A stretch of DNA of 21,411 nt from Selaginella moellendorffii (lineage: Eukaryota > Plantae > Lycopodiophyta). Made by a program: the position numbers and the translations under genes. Shown piece after piece: positions 9,923 through 20,171 of this stretch. Each line of letters starts with the position of its first letter. Within the stretch, counting starts at the first letter, position 1. The stretch covers positions 1,904,558-1,925,968 of the forward strand of contig NW_003314262.1 of the NCBI RefSeq assembly GCF_000143415.4. Direction: 5' to 3'. The notes below the pieces were generated by a model. It was not told where the DNA came from, did not search any database, and was given only the letters and a program-made list of their open reading frames with translations.

Positions 9923-10705
9923 TGTAGCGCATGTGATTATAGCATGAGATTTGGATATACTGTCACCATGGATCCTTAGAACCTTAGGGGATAAATGGGG
10001 ATAAAATAGCCACTAAGGGCTCTATCAAGCAATTGCCCCTTTTTTAATTGGCTTAAAGGAAAATAGATAAGGTGTGTTATATGTGGTATTGGAGCAACTG
10101 GCACGGGTTCGATTCCCATTGATTAGTGGCTACTTAAAAATATAATATACCCTTGAGCAAGGTATATTTCTACCCCTAAATTTGAAATCGTATGTATTAG
10201 GCATCTATGCGTACGTCCTTCCTCTTGTGTGGAGTATCCACAAACGAAAGTATCCACTGTGGGACTGCGGTACGGGTGGATAACTAGTTTCCTCACATGG
10301 AATAGCTAATTTATACAATGGAAGGATTGGTAGATTTAGTGCAGAAATGAAAGTGTTGATTCCCTTAGTGCATGTGATTATGGGATGAGATTTTCCTTTT
10401 AGCTCAGTAGGGTCAATAGTCAATGAGGACATTGACATCTTTAAAGGGGGGGTAAGTATAGTGTATGTGATCATGGGATGAGATTTGGATATACTATCAC
10501 CGTAGATCTTTGGAACCTTTGACATCTTTAAAGGGGGGGTAAGTGTAGTGCATGTGATCATGGGATGAGATTTGGATATACTATTACTGTAGATCCTTGG
10601 AACCTTGGGGGATAACTGGCGATAAAATAGCCACTAAGAGCTCTCTCATTAAGCAATTGCTCCTTTTCCAATTGGCTTAAGGGGAGAGAGTTAAGGTGTG
10701 CTACA
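9923..10705 (+). mobile_element. TRIM (terminal-repeat retrotransposon in miniature), 783 bp
   Basis: LTRs 9923-10081 and 10544-10705 (~160 bp, TGTAG...CTACA). PBS-like TGGTATTGGAGC at 10084-10095. PPT AAAGGGGGGGTAAG at 10530-10543. Perfect TSD GATTG (9918-9922, 10706-10710). Empty site with a single GATTG in copy A (3550-3554). Confidence 0.92.
10433..10606 (+). repeat. 87-bp tandem duplication covering the TRIM PPT and the first ~63 bp of its LTR
   Basis: 10433-10519 and 10520-10606 both read tgacatctttaaagggggggtaagt(a/g)tagtg...ggaacctt. Confidence 0.9.
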
Positions 10706-12169
10706 GATTGATATTGAGTTTCATTAGTCTTGATACAAATAATATTGATGTCTATGCTATAGCTTTATGTTATTAGCATTCATGCATTTGCTAGTTAATA
10801 ACTATGTTGACATTCAAATGAGCTAAGTGGTAAGTTGAGTTAGTTGTCTTCTAGATGAAATTGTTTAGTAAGGGTTGAGTTTTAGCTTTTCCTTGAAAAG
10901 TGATTTAGTCATGGACCATGCTAGCTTTACTAAAAAAGAATTAATGATCGATATTAGAATGTTTGGTTCCTTGTTGGATTTGAGTTGGGGATATATTGAT
11001 TATTGATGATTTTTCTTATACTTGTTATAAAGTGAATTATGTCTTGCTATGAAAGATAGATTCATGGAGGATTAGTTGGTGATTATTTGTTAAGCATAGC
11101 CTTATTGTGCTTAGCTTTTGGATTGATGTAGAAATACCCTTCATTAGCTTTTGCATTATGAAGTTTGGCTTCTGGATATGTTAAGGAAAATATTGTGGGT
11201 TGTACCATAATTATTTTTTTAGCATTGAAATTAATTCATGCGAGACTTGTGATTATTGTCAGACAAGATTTAACTATAGGCTTCTTTGAACATTTAGCTC
11301 TTTGATTTTTATGCTTATTAGTTTAGTTGCTAAGAGTTGTTAGGGAAGGCATTTTGGCTCATTAATTCGATGTTGAAGTTAGTATTTGCATTTAGTAATC
11401 ATTGGTAATGATTGACCATCATTTAAGATAGTTGATTATCTTTGTCAAAAGTGTTGCTTGATTATTATTGATATAGAATGATTTGGCATTCTTCAAGATG
11501 GTAAATTCTTTCTTCAATGATGATTATGCATCTTTCTATTGATAGGATAATTAATAATCTTTTCTGATAGTTAGTTATTATTTTAATAGCTTATAGCTTT
11601 TTGCATTACTACATGTTCTTTGTGGTTTTCTCTAGATTGGTTTCTTGGGTTGAGATATTAGTAAGATGTTGCTAATATTTATTTAAGTAATTTGTGTTCC
11701 TTTGTATTATTGACTGGGATCTATTTAAATTGGCTAGTGTGATAATTGGCATGAATGAGTGTTTATTAGTTTTATCGCATTTATTCTATTCTGTTGATTG
11801 TTCTCGAGTTAGTTTTAATAGATTAGGATGTTATTTCCTTTAAGTAATACATTCGTGACCATTTTTCTTATCTGTCAATAATATTTTGTCTTCTTTTAGT
11901 TGTTTTTCCTAAGTTATTTGGCATATTATCTATGATTTTGATAGTTAAGTTTTATCATTGAGTTTTCTTAATAATACACTAGCTATTGAATTTTGTTGAA
12001 TGGTGTATCCTATATTTTCCAATTAGGACTATACTATAATTTTGGTTTATTATATGATAATTACTTAGAATAATTTTGTGTTTTAATCTAAGATTTATTC
12101 ATTGATAATTAAGTCTCTTAGATATCATTGTCTCTAACTTTGATATTGTCCATTTATTTATCTTTGATT

Positions 12170-12665
12170 TTAGGCAGATTAGATTTAGCACTTCATGTGT
12201 ATGGTGAAATCTATAGTCATGGGGTAGCTATTGTCGATTGGTCATATCACCCGCCTCTCTCTTGATATTCGTTATTTCGTTAAAAGGGTGTAACCGTGTA
12301 AACAACTTTAATTGCTTATTTACAATAATCTATCTAAACCTATTGATGGATTTGGTTTCTTTACTCATGAAGGTTGGGGCCTCTGGCTTCTCTTTCTATG
12401 TCTTTGTGGGTAGGGGCATATCACACTTTTGTAAGTTGAGTGACATCTACAGCAACAAGGGTGGTTGACTCTATTGATAATTTCTTTGTCAGTAAGGGCT
12501 AGAAGGTGTTTGAGTTGATAGCACACTTGCGGTAGATAAAGGTTATCTTAACTCATTTAAGCTGATGCATTTCTCACAAAGTGTGAATACCATGAACTTT
12601 TTCTAGAGTTGTTTCCTTGCTAGTGTTTTAGACAAGGACATCAATCTCCCCTAAAGGGGGGAGAG
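12170..12665 (+). mobile_element. 3' untranslated region and PPT of the old element, homologous to the young element's 3'UTR
   Basis: Aligns to the reverse complement of about 13760-14275 (e.g. cccgcctctctct, gtgtaaacaactt, ggcctctggc, agcaacaagggtggtt). Ends in AAAGGGGGGAGAG directly before TGT. Confidence 0.85.
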
Positions 12666-12840
12666 TGTCGCAAGTGTGACTACAAGTATCAAAATTTACG
12701 TATTGGCTAGTCCTTTCAGATATTTTTTCCTTATTGCCACGATAACAGCAAATCAATATTGCGAGATCCTTTATTAATCTCCACTCAAGTTAGTTGAGAA
12801 ATTGATCAATAATTGTGTACTTAAAGCGGATAAATATAAG
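12666..12840 (+). repeat. 3' LTR of the old element, left part
   Basis: Begins TGTCGC right after the PPT. Homologous to 6478-6652 and to the start of the young LTR on the - strand (TGTCGCGAATGTGACTTCGGGTATC). Confidence 0.88.
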
Positions 12841-13759
12841 TGTAGCGCACCTGAATTTGGAGCCGAACTCCAAGCCCGTTGCGCTACGAAACGAGGGTCC
12901 GGTACAATCCCACGAGCACCAGCTCCCCGTATCCAGCGCCTGCACGCAAAATGGTGTCAGACGGAGTCTGGCACAATTTTGGCATACCGGTGGCCTAACG
13001 CGAGAAGGAGGGTACTCCACCGACTAGAGCAGCGTGGAGCTTGGGCTTAGACCCAAGCCGGACGCAGAACAAGGAGCGACACAGCCCAGCGGGAGCCAAA
13101 CTAATGTCTCAGGTGGTCGGACATGCATTCCAACCACTATCCCTACTATACATTTGGAACCCCCCACAGCCCCCCCCCCTTGAGGGACACACGCTTTGGG
13201 CTTTCACCCCAAGCCTCCCTTAGTACCAGGAGTTAGTCTCTGGGACAAGTCCGAAACTTACTAAATATGGAATGTCCTTAGATTGCGAATTTGGACATGG
13301 GATGAACACCATTGTGTTCAGACCGATCTCTACATTCCGTAGATATGCCAAATGAGCTAATCTAGACACCTTCCATAAATAGCATTCGGGACTGAAATGA
13401 GACCAACACAAAGGGCGTGATAGCGAGGGTGTTTGGCAGACACGGTAAGCTATCATCCGGCGATATTGAGGGACTAGTCTCAATACGCGAGGGTTCTTGC
13501 CAAGCCAGTGCAAGACAGAGCAAAAGAGAACTAACAAGCCGGGCCAAGTATGCTTGGCTAAATAGACACTTAGGAATTCCTTCCTTATGCTCATCCGGCC
13601 AAGTACAGATGCTAAGTCCAGTTTACTAACACTTGGACAAGAGGGGCCAATAAAGGGAACCAGCAGTACCGACCTCCTACCGTCATGGCAGTAAGGAAAG
13701 AGTGCCCGTAAGGACTGGTCGACAAGTATCTTTCGATACCCGAAGTCACATTCGCGACA
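12841..13759 (-). repeat. 3' LTR of the young element (919 bp)
   Basis: Direct repeat of 18189-19107. Only two differences found: C12920/T18268 and C13584/T18932. Confidence 0.97.
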
Positions 13760-13772
13760 CTCTCCCCCCCTT
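13760..13772 (-). promoter_or_regulatory. Polypurine tract
   Basis: AAGGGGGGGAGAG on the - strand, immediately before the 3' LTR TGT. Confidence 0.92.
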
Positions 13773-14367
13773 AGGGAAGATCGACGTCCTCGTCGATGTG
13801 TACCCGAGTCTAGCAAACCGTCAAGGAAACAACTCCGAAAGTTAACGGAAAGCACACTATGTGGGAAACACACCGACTTAAATGAGTTAGGGAACGACCT
13901 CTCCTCTACGTCCAAAGACGTTAAGACTCAGACACCCTCCGGCCGTCACCGACAAGGAAATGACTAACAGAGTTAACCACCCTTGCTGCTCCGAGGACCA
14001 CTCGGCTTACAAAGGAATGATACATCCCTGCCCGCAGGGATATAGGGAGAAGGCCAGAGGCCCAACTTCCCCTGAGCAAGAAATCAACCCCGTCGGGAAG
14101 ATTTAGATAACTACTATAAACTGGCAGATTAAGTTGTTTACACGACCACGCCCCTTTTCGAAAATGAGCCATCGAGAGAGAGGCGGGGACTTGTGATCAG
14201 TCTATAATAGTTATCCCCATGGTTATGGATTGGACCCATGCACCGAAGTGCCGAAGTCAGCCTGCCAAAACTGACCCAAGTATGAATGAACAAGAGAAAC
14301 GACATTTTGATTTATAGAAATATATTACTTTATTGATTTGCAAGATTGATTACAAGATTTACAAAAG

Positions 14368-16077
14368 CTAATCTTTATTACGATTCTCATATGTCGTGAC
14401 AAGCTCACGAGCATGTGTAAGATTACTAAGAGGCTCCCAAGTTGATTCACAAGATGGGTAACCTTTCCACTTAACGAGATACTCCCGACGTTTGGCACGC
14501 TTAAGCCAGCATGTACCCAAAATAGCTTCCACTTCATATTCAGGTTCACCATCCACAACTTCTGGTGGTGGACGAATCTCCGCTTGATGTGCATCATCCA
14601 TAGTGTATTGAGCCAAGAGATTGGCATGAAATACATTATGAATATTGGACATCTCCACAGGAAGATCCAACTGATAGGATACATTACCAATGTGCCGCAA
14701 CACCCGATAGGGTCCAATATATCTCGGCAAGAGCTTCCGAGACAGAGAACCCTTAATGTTCAAGTTTCGGGAAGATAGCCACACCTGATCTCCCACTTGA
14801 TAGGATACATCCCGACGATGTTGATCCTTATCACGTCGATACCTATCTTGAGCTTTGCCCATCGCCTCAGTAGCTCTAAACCAACCTCGGCGTAGCTGCT
14901 CCGCATAAGTCTCAACGGCTGGGACCAACACCTCGGACATTGGTTTTGGTACAACAATCTGTTGAGGAACCCCACGAGCATTTCCTTGCAGCATCTCCCA
15001 TGGAGAACAGCCGATAGCGCTGTGAAATGTGTTGTTATAACATATTTCTGCTGTATCCAAATGCTCAACCCAGTCGCGTTGGTCCGCCGCGACATAGTAC
15101 CGCAGATAATCCTCAACTTGAGCATTCACCCGTTCGGTCTGCCCATCAGTTTGAGGATGATAAGCCGTACTAAACTTCAACTTGGTACCAAACAACTGGA
15201 ACAGTGTGCCCCAAAACTTCCCCGTAAACCTTGAATCTCTATCTGAGATCATCTCTTCAGGAAGACCACGAACTCGCACTACTTCATGGAAAAAGAGCTT
15301 TGCTGCTTGTTTCGCATTCACTGTTCCCACAGTTGGAATGAAGTGTGCAATCTTTGACAACCGATCCACAACCACCATCAAAGTATCATAACCCTTAGAC
15401 TTCGGCAAGCAAGTGACGAAATCAAGTGTCACGCTTTGAAATGGCCATGCCGGTACTGGAATGCACTGCAACTTTCCAGCCTGCTTCTCAGCTTTGCGCT
15501 TACATTGCTGGCATATAGGGCAGGAACGGACATAGTCCACTACATCGCCTTCCATACCAGACCAGAAAAATCCCTTTTTCAATGAAGCTAGAGTCTTTCG
15601 CTGTCCACCATGTCCCGCTGCCGGAACATCATGATGTTCCCGCAAAAATAACTGCTGAAGATCCTTAGAGGGAAGATACAATCTTTCTTGCTTATAGAAT
15701 ATAAGCTCATCCTGAACTGAGAAGTGAAGTTGCGCATTAGTGCGACTAGCAACTTTTGCTGCTTCGCTACCAGGGCTCTGCTTCAACAACCCCGCACGGC
15801 ATAAGATTGCCTTCGCCAATGGATCACTTTCATATGAAGCCCGAACGTCTTCCAACCAGTCCGAACTGATTGCCGATATTGCCCGGAATTGAGCTTGACG
15901 ACTCAACGCATCCGGAACAATATTGTCTTTACCAGGTTTATATATGATTTCAATATCATATCTAGCAAGCTTCTCTTGCCAACGAGCCTGCTTCGGCGTA
16001 AGCTTAGGCTGCGTAGCAAAGTAGCTCAGTGTGTTACTATCTGTATAAACCTTGGTATGTCCACCCAAGTAGTGTCT
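14368..16077 (-). pseudogene. pol: pol 3' part: RNase H C-terminus, integrase (HHCC, DDE, GPY/F) and chromodomain
   Basis: Motifs: YKPGKDNIVPDALSR; HHDVPAAGH..CPIC; TLDFV..ISDRDSRF..QTERVN; RYIGPYRV; EYEVEAIL..YLVKWKGY..TWEP. In frame with the upstream ORF across a single TAG (LEH*RHYL). Confidence 0.95.
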
Positions 16078-18015
16078 CTAGTGTTCCAGGGCCGACACTA
16101 TAGCAAACATCTCTTTCTCATGCGTTGGCCATCTTTGTTGAGTCTCATCCAATTTCTTGGAATAGAACGCAACGGGACAACCATGTCGCCTTAGCGTAAC
16201 ACCAACCGCTTTGTCACAATCTTGCTGCAACACGGCACCGATAGCATAGCCAGATGCATCACAATGCACTTCGAAAGGTTTATCAAGATCTGGGATCCTG
16301 AGAACAGGAACCGTAGTCAAGATCTCCTTCAACCGTGCAAAAGCACGCTGGCAAGCTGGTGTCCAATGAAACGGAACACTACTCTTTGTCAACTCAGTCA
16401 ACGGAAGAGCAATCCTTGCAAAATTGCGGACAAACTTGCAATAGTATCCTGCCAAACCGAGAAAGGAACGAACATCTGATACAGTGGTCGGGACTTCCCA
16501 GGACTTCACCGCTTCCACCTTCTTTGGATCGACCTCAATCACGCCACCACCAACTATATGTCCCAGAAAGTTTACGCGCAATTGACCAAAAGCGCATTTA
16601 CTTTCCTTAGCATACAGTTTGTGTTCGCGCAATTTCTGAAACACCAGCTCCAAGTGTTTCAAATGATCCTCCAACGTCTCACTAAAGCCACGGACAAAGC
16701 CTACCAGATACATTAACGGATCAGTGTTTGCATTGACTGCAAGAAAATCTTGAGGAAAGCAACGAAAGTTACTCACCTCTTCTTCCTCATAGTCTGCATT
16801 GACCAACTCGTCAACCCCTTCGGCTTCACCACCACCGTCTTCCCTCATGACATTAACCCGAGACCTTGTCTTATGCTTGTTGGGACATTCCGAGGACCTA
16901 TGTCCCGACTCTCCACAATGGAAGCAATGACCCACACTACCCGTTCCGCTAGGAGCAGGTTTTGTAGGTTGCTGTTGCTTGTAACCACCAGGAGGAGGAA
17001 CAGAGGGCCTAGGACCAGAAGAAGCTGCTGGTGGTCTCCAACCACCACCACCTTTATTCACCGTAGCTTGTGAGCCCCCAGGGCGGTACCTACTTTCCAC
17101 CCTTTGTTTCCGATCACCTTGCTTATTCCCAGAATTTTTATTCTTGTCTGAGTTACCAGCATACGATTGCTGATATTGTTCTATGAGCGAGTGACTAAAG
17201 GCAACTTGCTGCGCTGCCTCTTTACACTCCAGGTACGTCTTCGGCTTAAACTTCAAAATCTCATTTCGAGAAAGTGAACTTAAACCCTCCAGGAAATAAC
17301 TCCGAGCATCTTCGTCACTCATATTTGCAATCATAATGCGCTTCTGAGCAAACGCATTAACGTAATGCATAAGGTCCCCTCGCTGCTTTAACCGCCGCAG
17401 CTCTGCGCGAAGTCTCAGACCAAGATCATCCGGCAAGTATTCTTTACGGATACGAGACCGCATCTTGGTCCAACTTCTAGTCTGCCCTTTTTCAGCACAC
17501 ACCTGGCGCCACCAAGTTTTGGCATGATCGGTGAGAAAGGATTGCGCGCACGCAACTTTCGTACGATCATCTACGTCTGCCGCTATGAAGTAGTTCTCCA
17601 TATCGTAGACCCAGTCTTCCAAAACCTGATAGTCCCGCATGCCTCTGAAATTAGGTGGTTTCGGAGGCTTGAACTTTGAAACTCGTGCAACCGGGGGCGG
17701 CTGCAGAACCTCATCGTCCTCAGAACTTGAAGAGGAATCCGGTTGCTTAGGCTTTGCTGGTTTAGCTGCCTCAGCTTCTTTCTTCCTCTTCTTGTTCTCC
17801 TTCTTTAATTTGCGAATCTCCTTTCGCAAATTCTCGATCTCGACTTCATGAGCCGTGCGCTGCAGTGCTGCAGCATTTGGCTCATCCTCTTCCGACTCGG
17901 CCTCAGCCTCTTCCGCAGCATCTCTAGCAGGAGTTTCCTCCTCTCGATTCGCCCGTCTAGAGGTTTCAGTGTCATCAGCACGGTTCCGTTTCACCATCCC
18001 GCTAGCTGCATGCAT
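16078..18015 (-). pseudogene. gag-pol: Gag (capsid-like domain and CCHC knuckle) fused in frame to RT C-terminus/RNase H; protease and RT core missing
   Basis: Gag motif FRGMRDYQVLEDW..AKTWW; knuckle CFHCGESGHRSSEC (16885-16926). LMYLVGFVRG joins directly to FSETLEDHLKHLELVF..SKCAF..FLGHIV..VRSFLGLAGYY..HCDAS. No D(S/T)G and no YxDD motif. Likely start is ATG 18015 or 17997; the track start at 18198 lies in the LTR. Confidence 0.93.
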
Positions 18016-18175
18016 GCCTCTATCAGTAACTGAACATGCATACAACGTCCTTACCGAATGGTGCAATCCAACTAATCCTACACAGGTCGCTTCGGATCTA
18101 CTAGAAAAGTCTCTGCGTATGCAACTTGAGTCAGAAAATCCGACAAAAGTTGGATAGGAATCGCTGAGACAATCT

Positions 18176-18186
18176 CTCTGATACCA
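18176..18186 (-). promoter_or_regulatory. Primer binding site, tRNA-iMet
   Basis: TGGTATCAGAG begins 2 nt after the 5' LTR end on the - strand. Confidence 0.93.
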
Positions 18187-18188
18187 AA

Positions 18189-19107
18189 TGTAGCGCACCT
18201 GAATTTGGAGCCGAACTCCAAGCCCGTTGCGCTACGAAACGAGGGTCCGGTACAATCCCACGAGCACTAGCTCCCCGTATCCAGCGCCTGCACGCAAAAT
18301 GGTGTCAGACGGAGTCTGGCACAATTTTGGCATACCGGTGGCCTAACGCGAGAAGGAGGGTACTCCACCGACTAGAGCAGCGTGGAGCTTGGGCTTAGAC
18401 CCAAGCCGGACGCAGAACAAGGAGCGACACAGCCCAGCGGGAGCCAAACTAATGTCTCAGGTGGTCGGACATGCATTCCAACCACTATCCCTACTATACA
18501 TTTGGAACCCCCCACAGCCCCCCCCCCTTGAGGGACACACGCTTTGGGCTTTCACCCCAAGCCTCCCTTAGTACCAGGAGTTAGTCTCTGGGACAAGTCC
18601 GAAACTTACTAAATATGGAATGTCCTTAGATTGCGAATTTGGACATGGGATGAACACCATTGTGTTCAGACCGATCTCTACATTCCGTAGATATGCCAAA
18701 TGAGCTAATCTAGACACCTTCCATAAATAGCATTCGGGACTGAAATGAGACCAACACAAAGGGCGTGATAGCGAGGGTGTTTGGCAGACACGGTAAGCTA
18801 TCATCCGGCGATATTGAGGGACTAGTCTCAATACGCGAGGGTTCTTGCCAAGCCAGTGCAAGACAGAGCAAAAGAGAACTAACAAGCCGGGCCAAGTATG
18901 CTTGGCTAAATAGACACTTAGGAATTCCTTCTTTATGCTCATCCGGCCAAGTACAGATGCTAAGTCCAGTTTACTAACACTTGGACAAGAGGGGCCAATA
19001 AAGGGAACCAGCAGTACCGACCTCCTACCGTCATGGCAGTAAGGAAAGAGTGCCCGTAAGGACTGGTCGACAAGTATCTTTCGATACCCGAAGTCACATT
19101 CGCGACA
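18189..19107 (-). repeat. 5' LTR of the young element (919 bp)
   Basis: Direct repeat of 12841-13759, followed on the - strand by the PBS. Confidence 0.97.
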
Positions 19108-19112
19108 ATAAG

Positions 19113-20048
19113 GTAGGAATTCTTATATGTTTTCTTGCTAAGCAACTTAACTTGGTTTGAGAAACTCCTATCTTTGGCTTGCATTTACTAGTGTTGGGAA
19201 CCCTTGTGATATTAAGCTTGGTCCTCAATATTCTCCAGATGATATCTTACTGTGTCTGCCAAACACCCTCGCTATCATGCACCTTGTGTTAATTCCATTC
19301 AGTCTCAATTGTTATTTATAGAAAGTGTCTAGATTTGTTAATTTGGCATATCTACGAAATGTAGAGATTATCCTAAATATAATAGTGTTGATCCCATGTC
19401 CACATTCGCAATCTAGAGCCATTCATATTTAGTAAGTTTTGAGTTAGTCCCAGAGACTAACTCCTGGTACTAAAGATGGTTAAAGGTGAAAGCCCTAAAC
19501 ATGCATTCCAAATGTATAGTAAGGATAGTGGGTAAGTTAGGCATGGCTAACCAATTTGAGGCATAGTCTAGCTTCAGCTTGCATACTTGTCCTTGTTTTA
19601 TGTTCGGCTTGGGTCTGAGCCCAAGTTCCACACTATGTCAGCTGGTGAAATACTTATATCCTTATGTTAGACCACCAGTATGTTGAAATAGCTTCAAACT
19701 CTATTTAGCTTCGTTTTGTGTGCTAGTCTTGACATTGGGATGTTAGATATTTTAGGATTATTCCAAGTCACTTCGTGCTCTTGTCCCTTCGCTCCTTAAG
19801 CTATACACTCGGGAGTCATTCCATGCTTTGGTGCCATTGCTCCTTGGTTCTATAGTTAAGAGTTTAGCTTCATTCTTTCGTTTAGTAGCTTAATGCCCTG
19901 AAACCTGGGTTCTACGCCACTGTCCTTGGACATGTGATATATGGCACATGACATGTGATATATGGCATATAGAGGGTTTAGGTTCTGCTTCGTGATTATT
20001 TTATAGTAAATCACTATAAAATTAAAGGTAAAAACCATGTGTACTATA
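19113..20048 (+). repeat. 3' LTR of the old element, right part
   Basis: Continues the LTR after the TSD. Contains blocks matching the reverse complement of the young LTR (ccaaacaccctcgctatca, gtcccagagactaactcctggtactaa, cggcttgggtct). Its end matches 6820-6946. Includes a 21-bp tandem duplication at 19929-19970. Confidence 0.85.
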
Positions 20049-20171
20049 TTTACGTTGTCTCTCATTTGATTATTCAACTCTATTTATTTGCCAACTAGGA
20101 TAAAAATAGTTGTATATGATAAAAAAAAATTGATTAAAATGACAAGAGCAAAAATCATTATATTCCATAAA

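Larger units (their letters stand above)
8093..11689. repeat. Copy B of the ~2.8-kb repeat, inside the old element and split by the TRIM
   Basis: Colinear with 1697-4532. Strong T/G excess on the + strand. Confidence 0.9.
12841..19107 (-). mobile_element. Young Ty3/Gypsy chromovirus LTR retrotransposon, internally deleted (non-autonomous)
   Basis: Two 919-bp TG...CA LTRs; TSD ATAAG (12836-12840, 19108-19112); PBS and PPT; domain order Gag-(RT C-terminus)-RNase H-integrase-chromodomain. Confidence 0.97.
6478..20048 (+). mobile_element. Old degenerate non-autonomous (LARD-like) Gypsy-related LTR element hosting two nested insertions
   Basis: 5' LTR starts TGTCATGAATGTG (6478) and ends GTGCTACA (6946), followed by a degenerate PBS. 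PPT at 12653-12665. 3' LTR starts TGTCGCAAGTGTG (12666) and ends GTACTATA (20048). Flanks TTTAG (6473-6477) and TTTAC (20049-20053) form a 4/5 candidate TSD. The N-gap leaves continuity unproven. Confidence 0.7.

Noticed and set aside
10095-10125. tRNA gene
   Set aside because: Only a T-arm-like segment is present; no acceptor, D or anticodon arms in the correct order.
10216-10330. Hammerhead ribozyme (retrozyme) in the TRIM, suggested by CGAAAG between two hairpins
   Set aside because: No CUGANGA core before the first hairpin, and none found in the LTRs on either strand. A covariance-model search of the family consensus would be needed to exclude it fully.
10205-10561. 118-aa ORF with internal repeats
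   Set aside because: The repeats simply reflect the 87-bp PPT/LTR duplication read antisense.
12790-14172. Short ORFs in the LTR and 3'UTR (and their duplicates at 18389-19184)
   Set aside because: No recognisable motifs. Expected in GC-richer LTR DNA, and duplicated only because the LTR is duplicated.
14325-18157. Overlapping and antisense ORFs within gag-pol
   Set aside because: Shadow frames of the real coding sequence.
18016-18198. N-terminal extension of Gag starting inside the LTR
   Set aside because: Begins at a non-ATG codon and runs through the PBS. The first ATGs are at 18015 and 17997.
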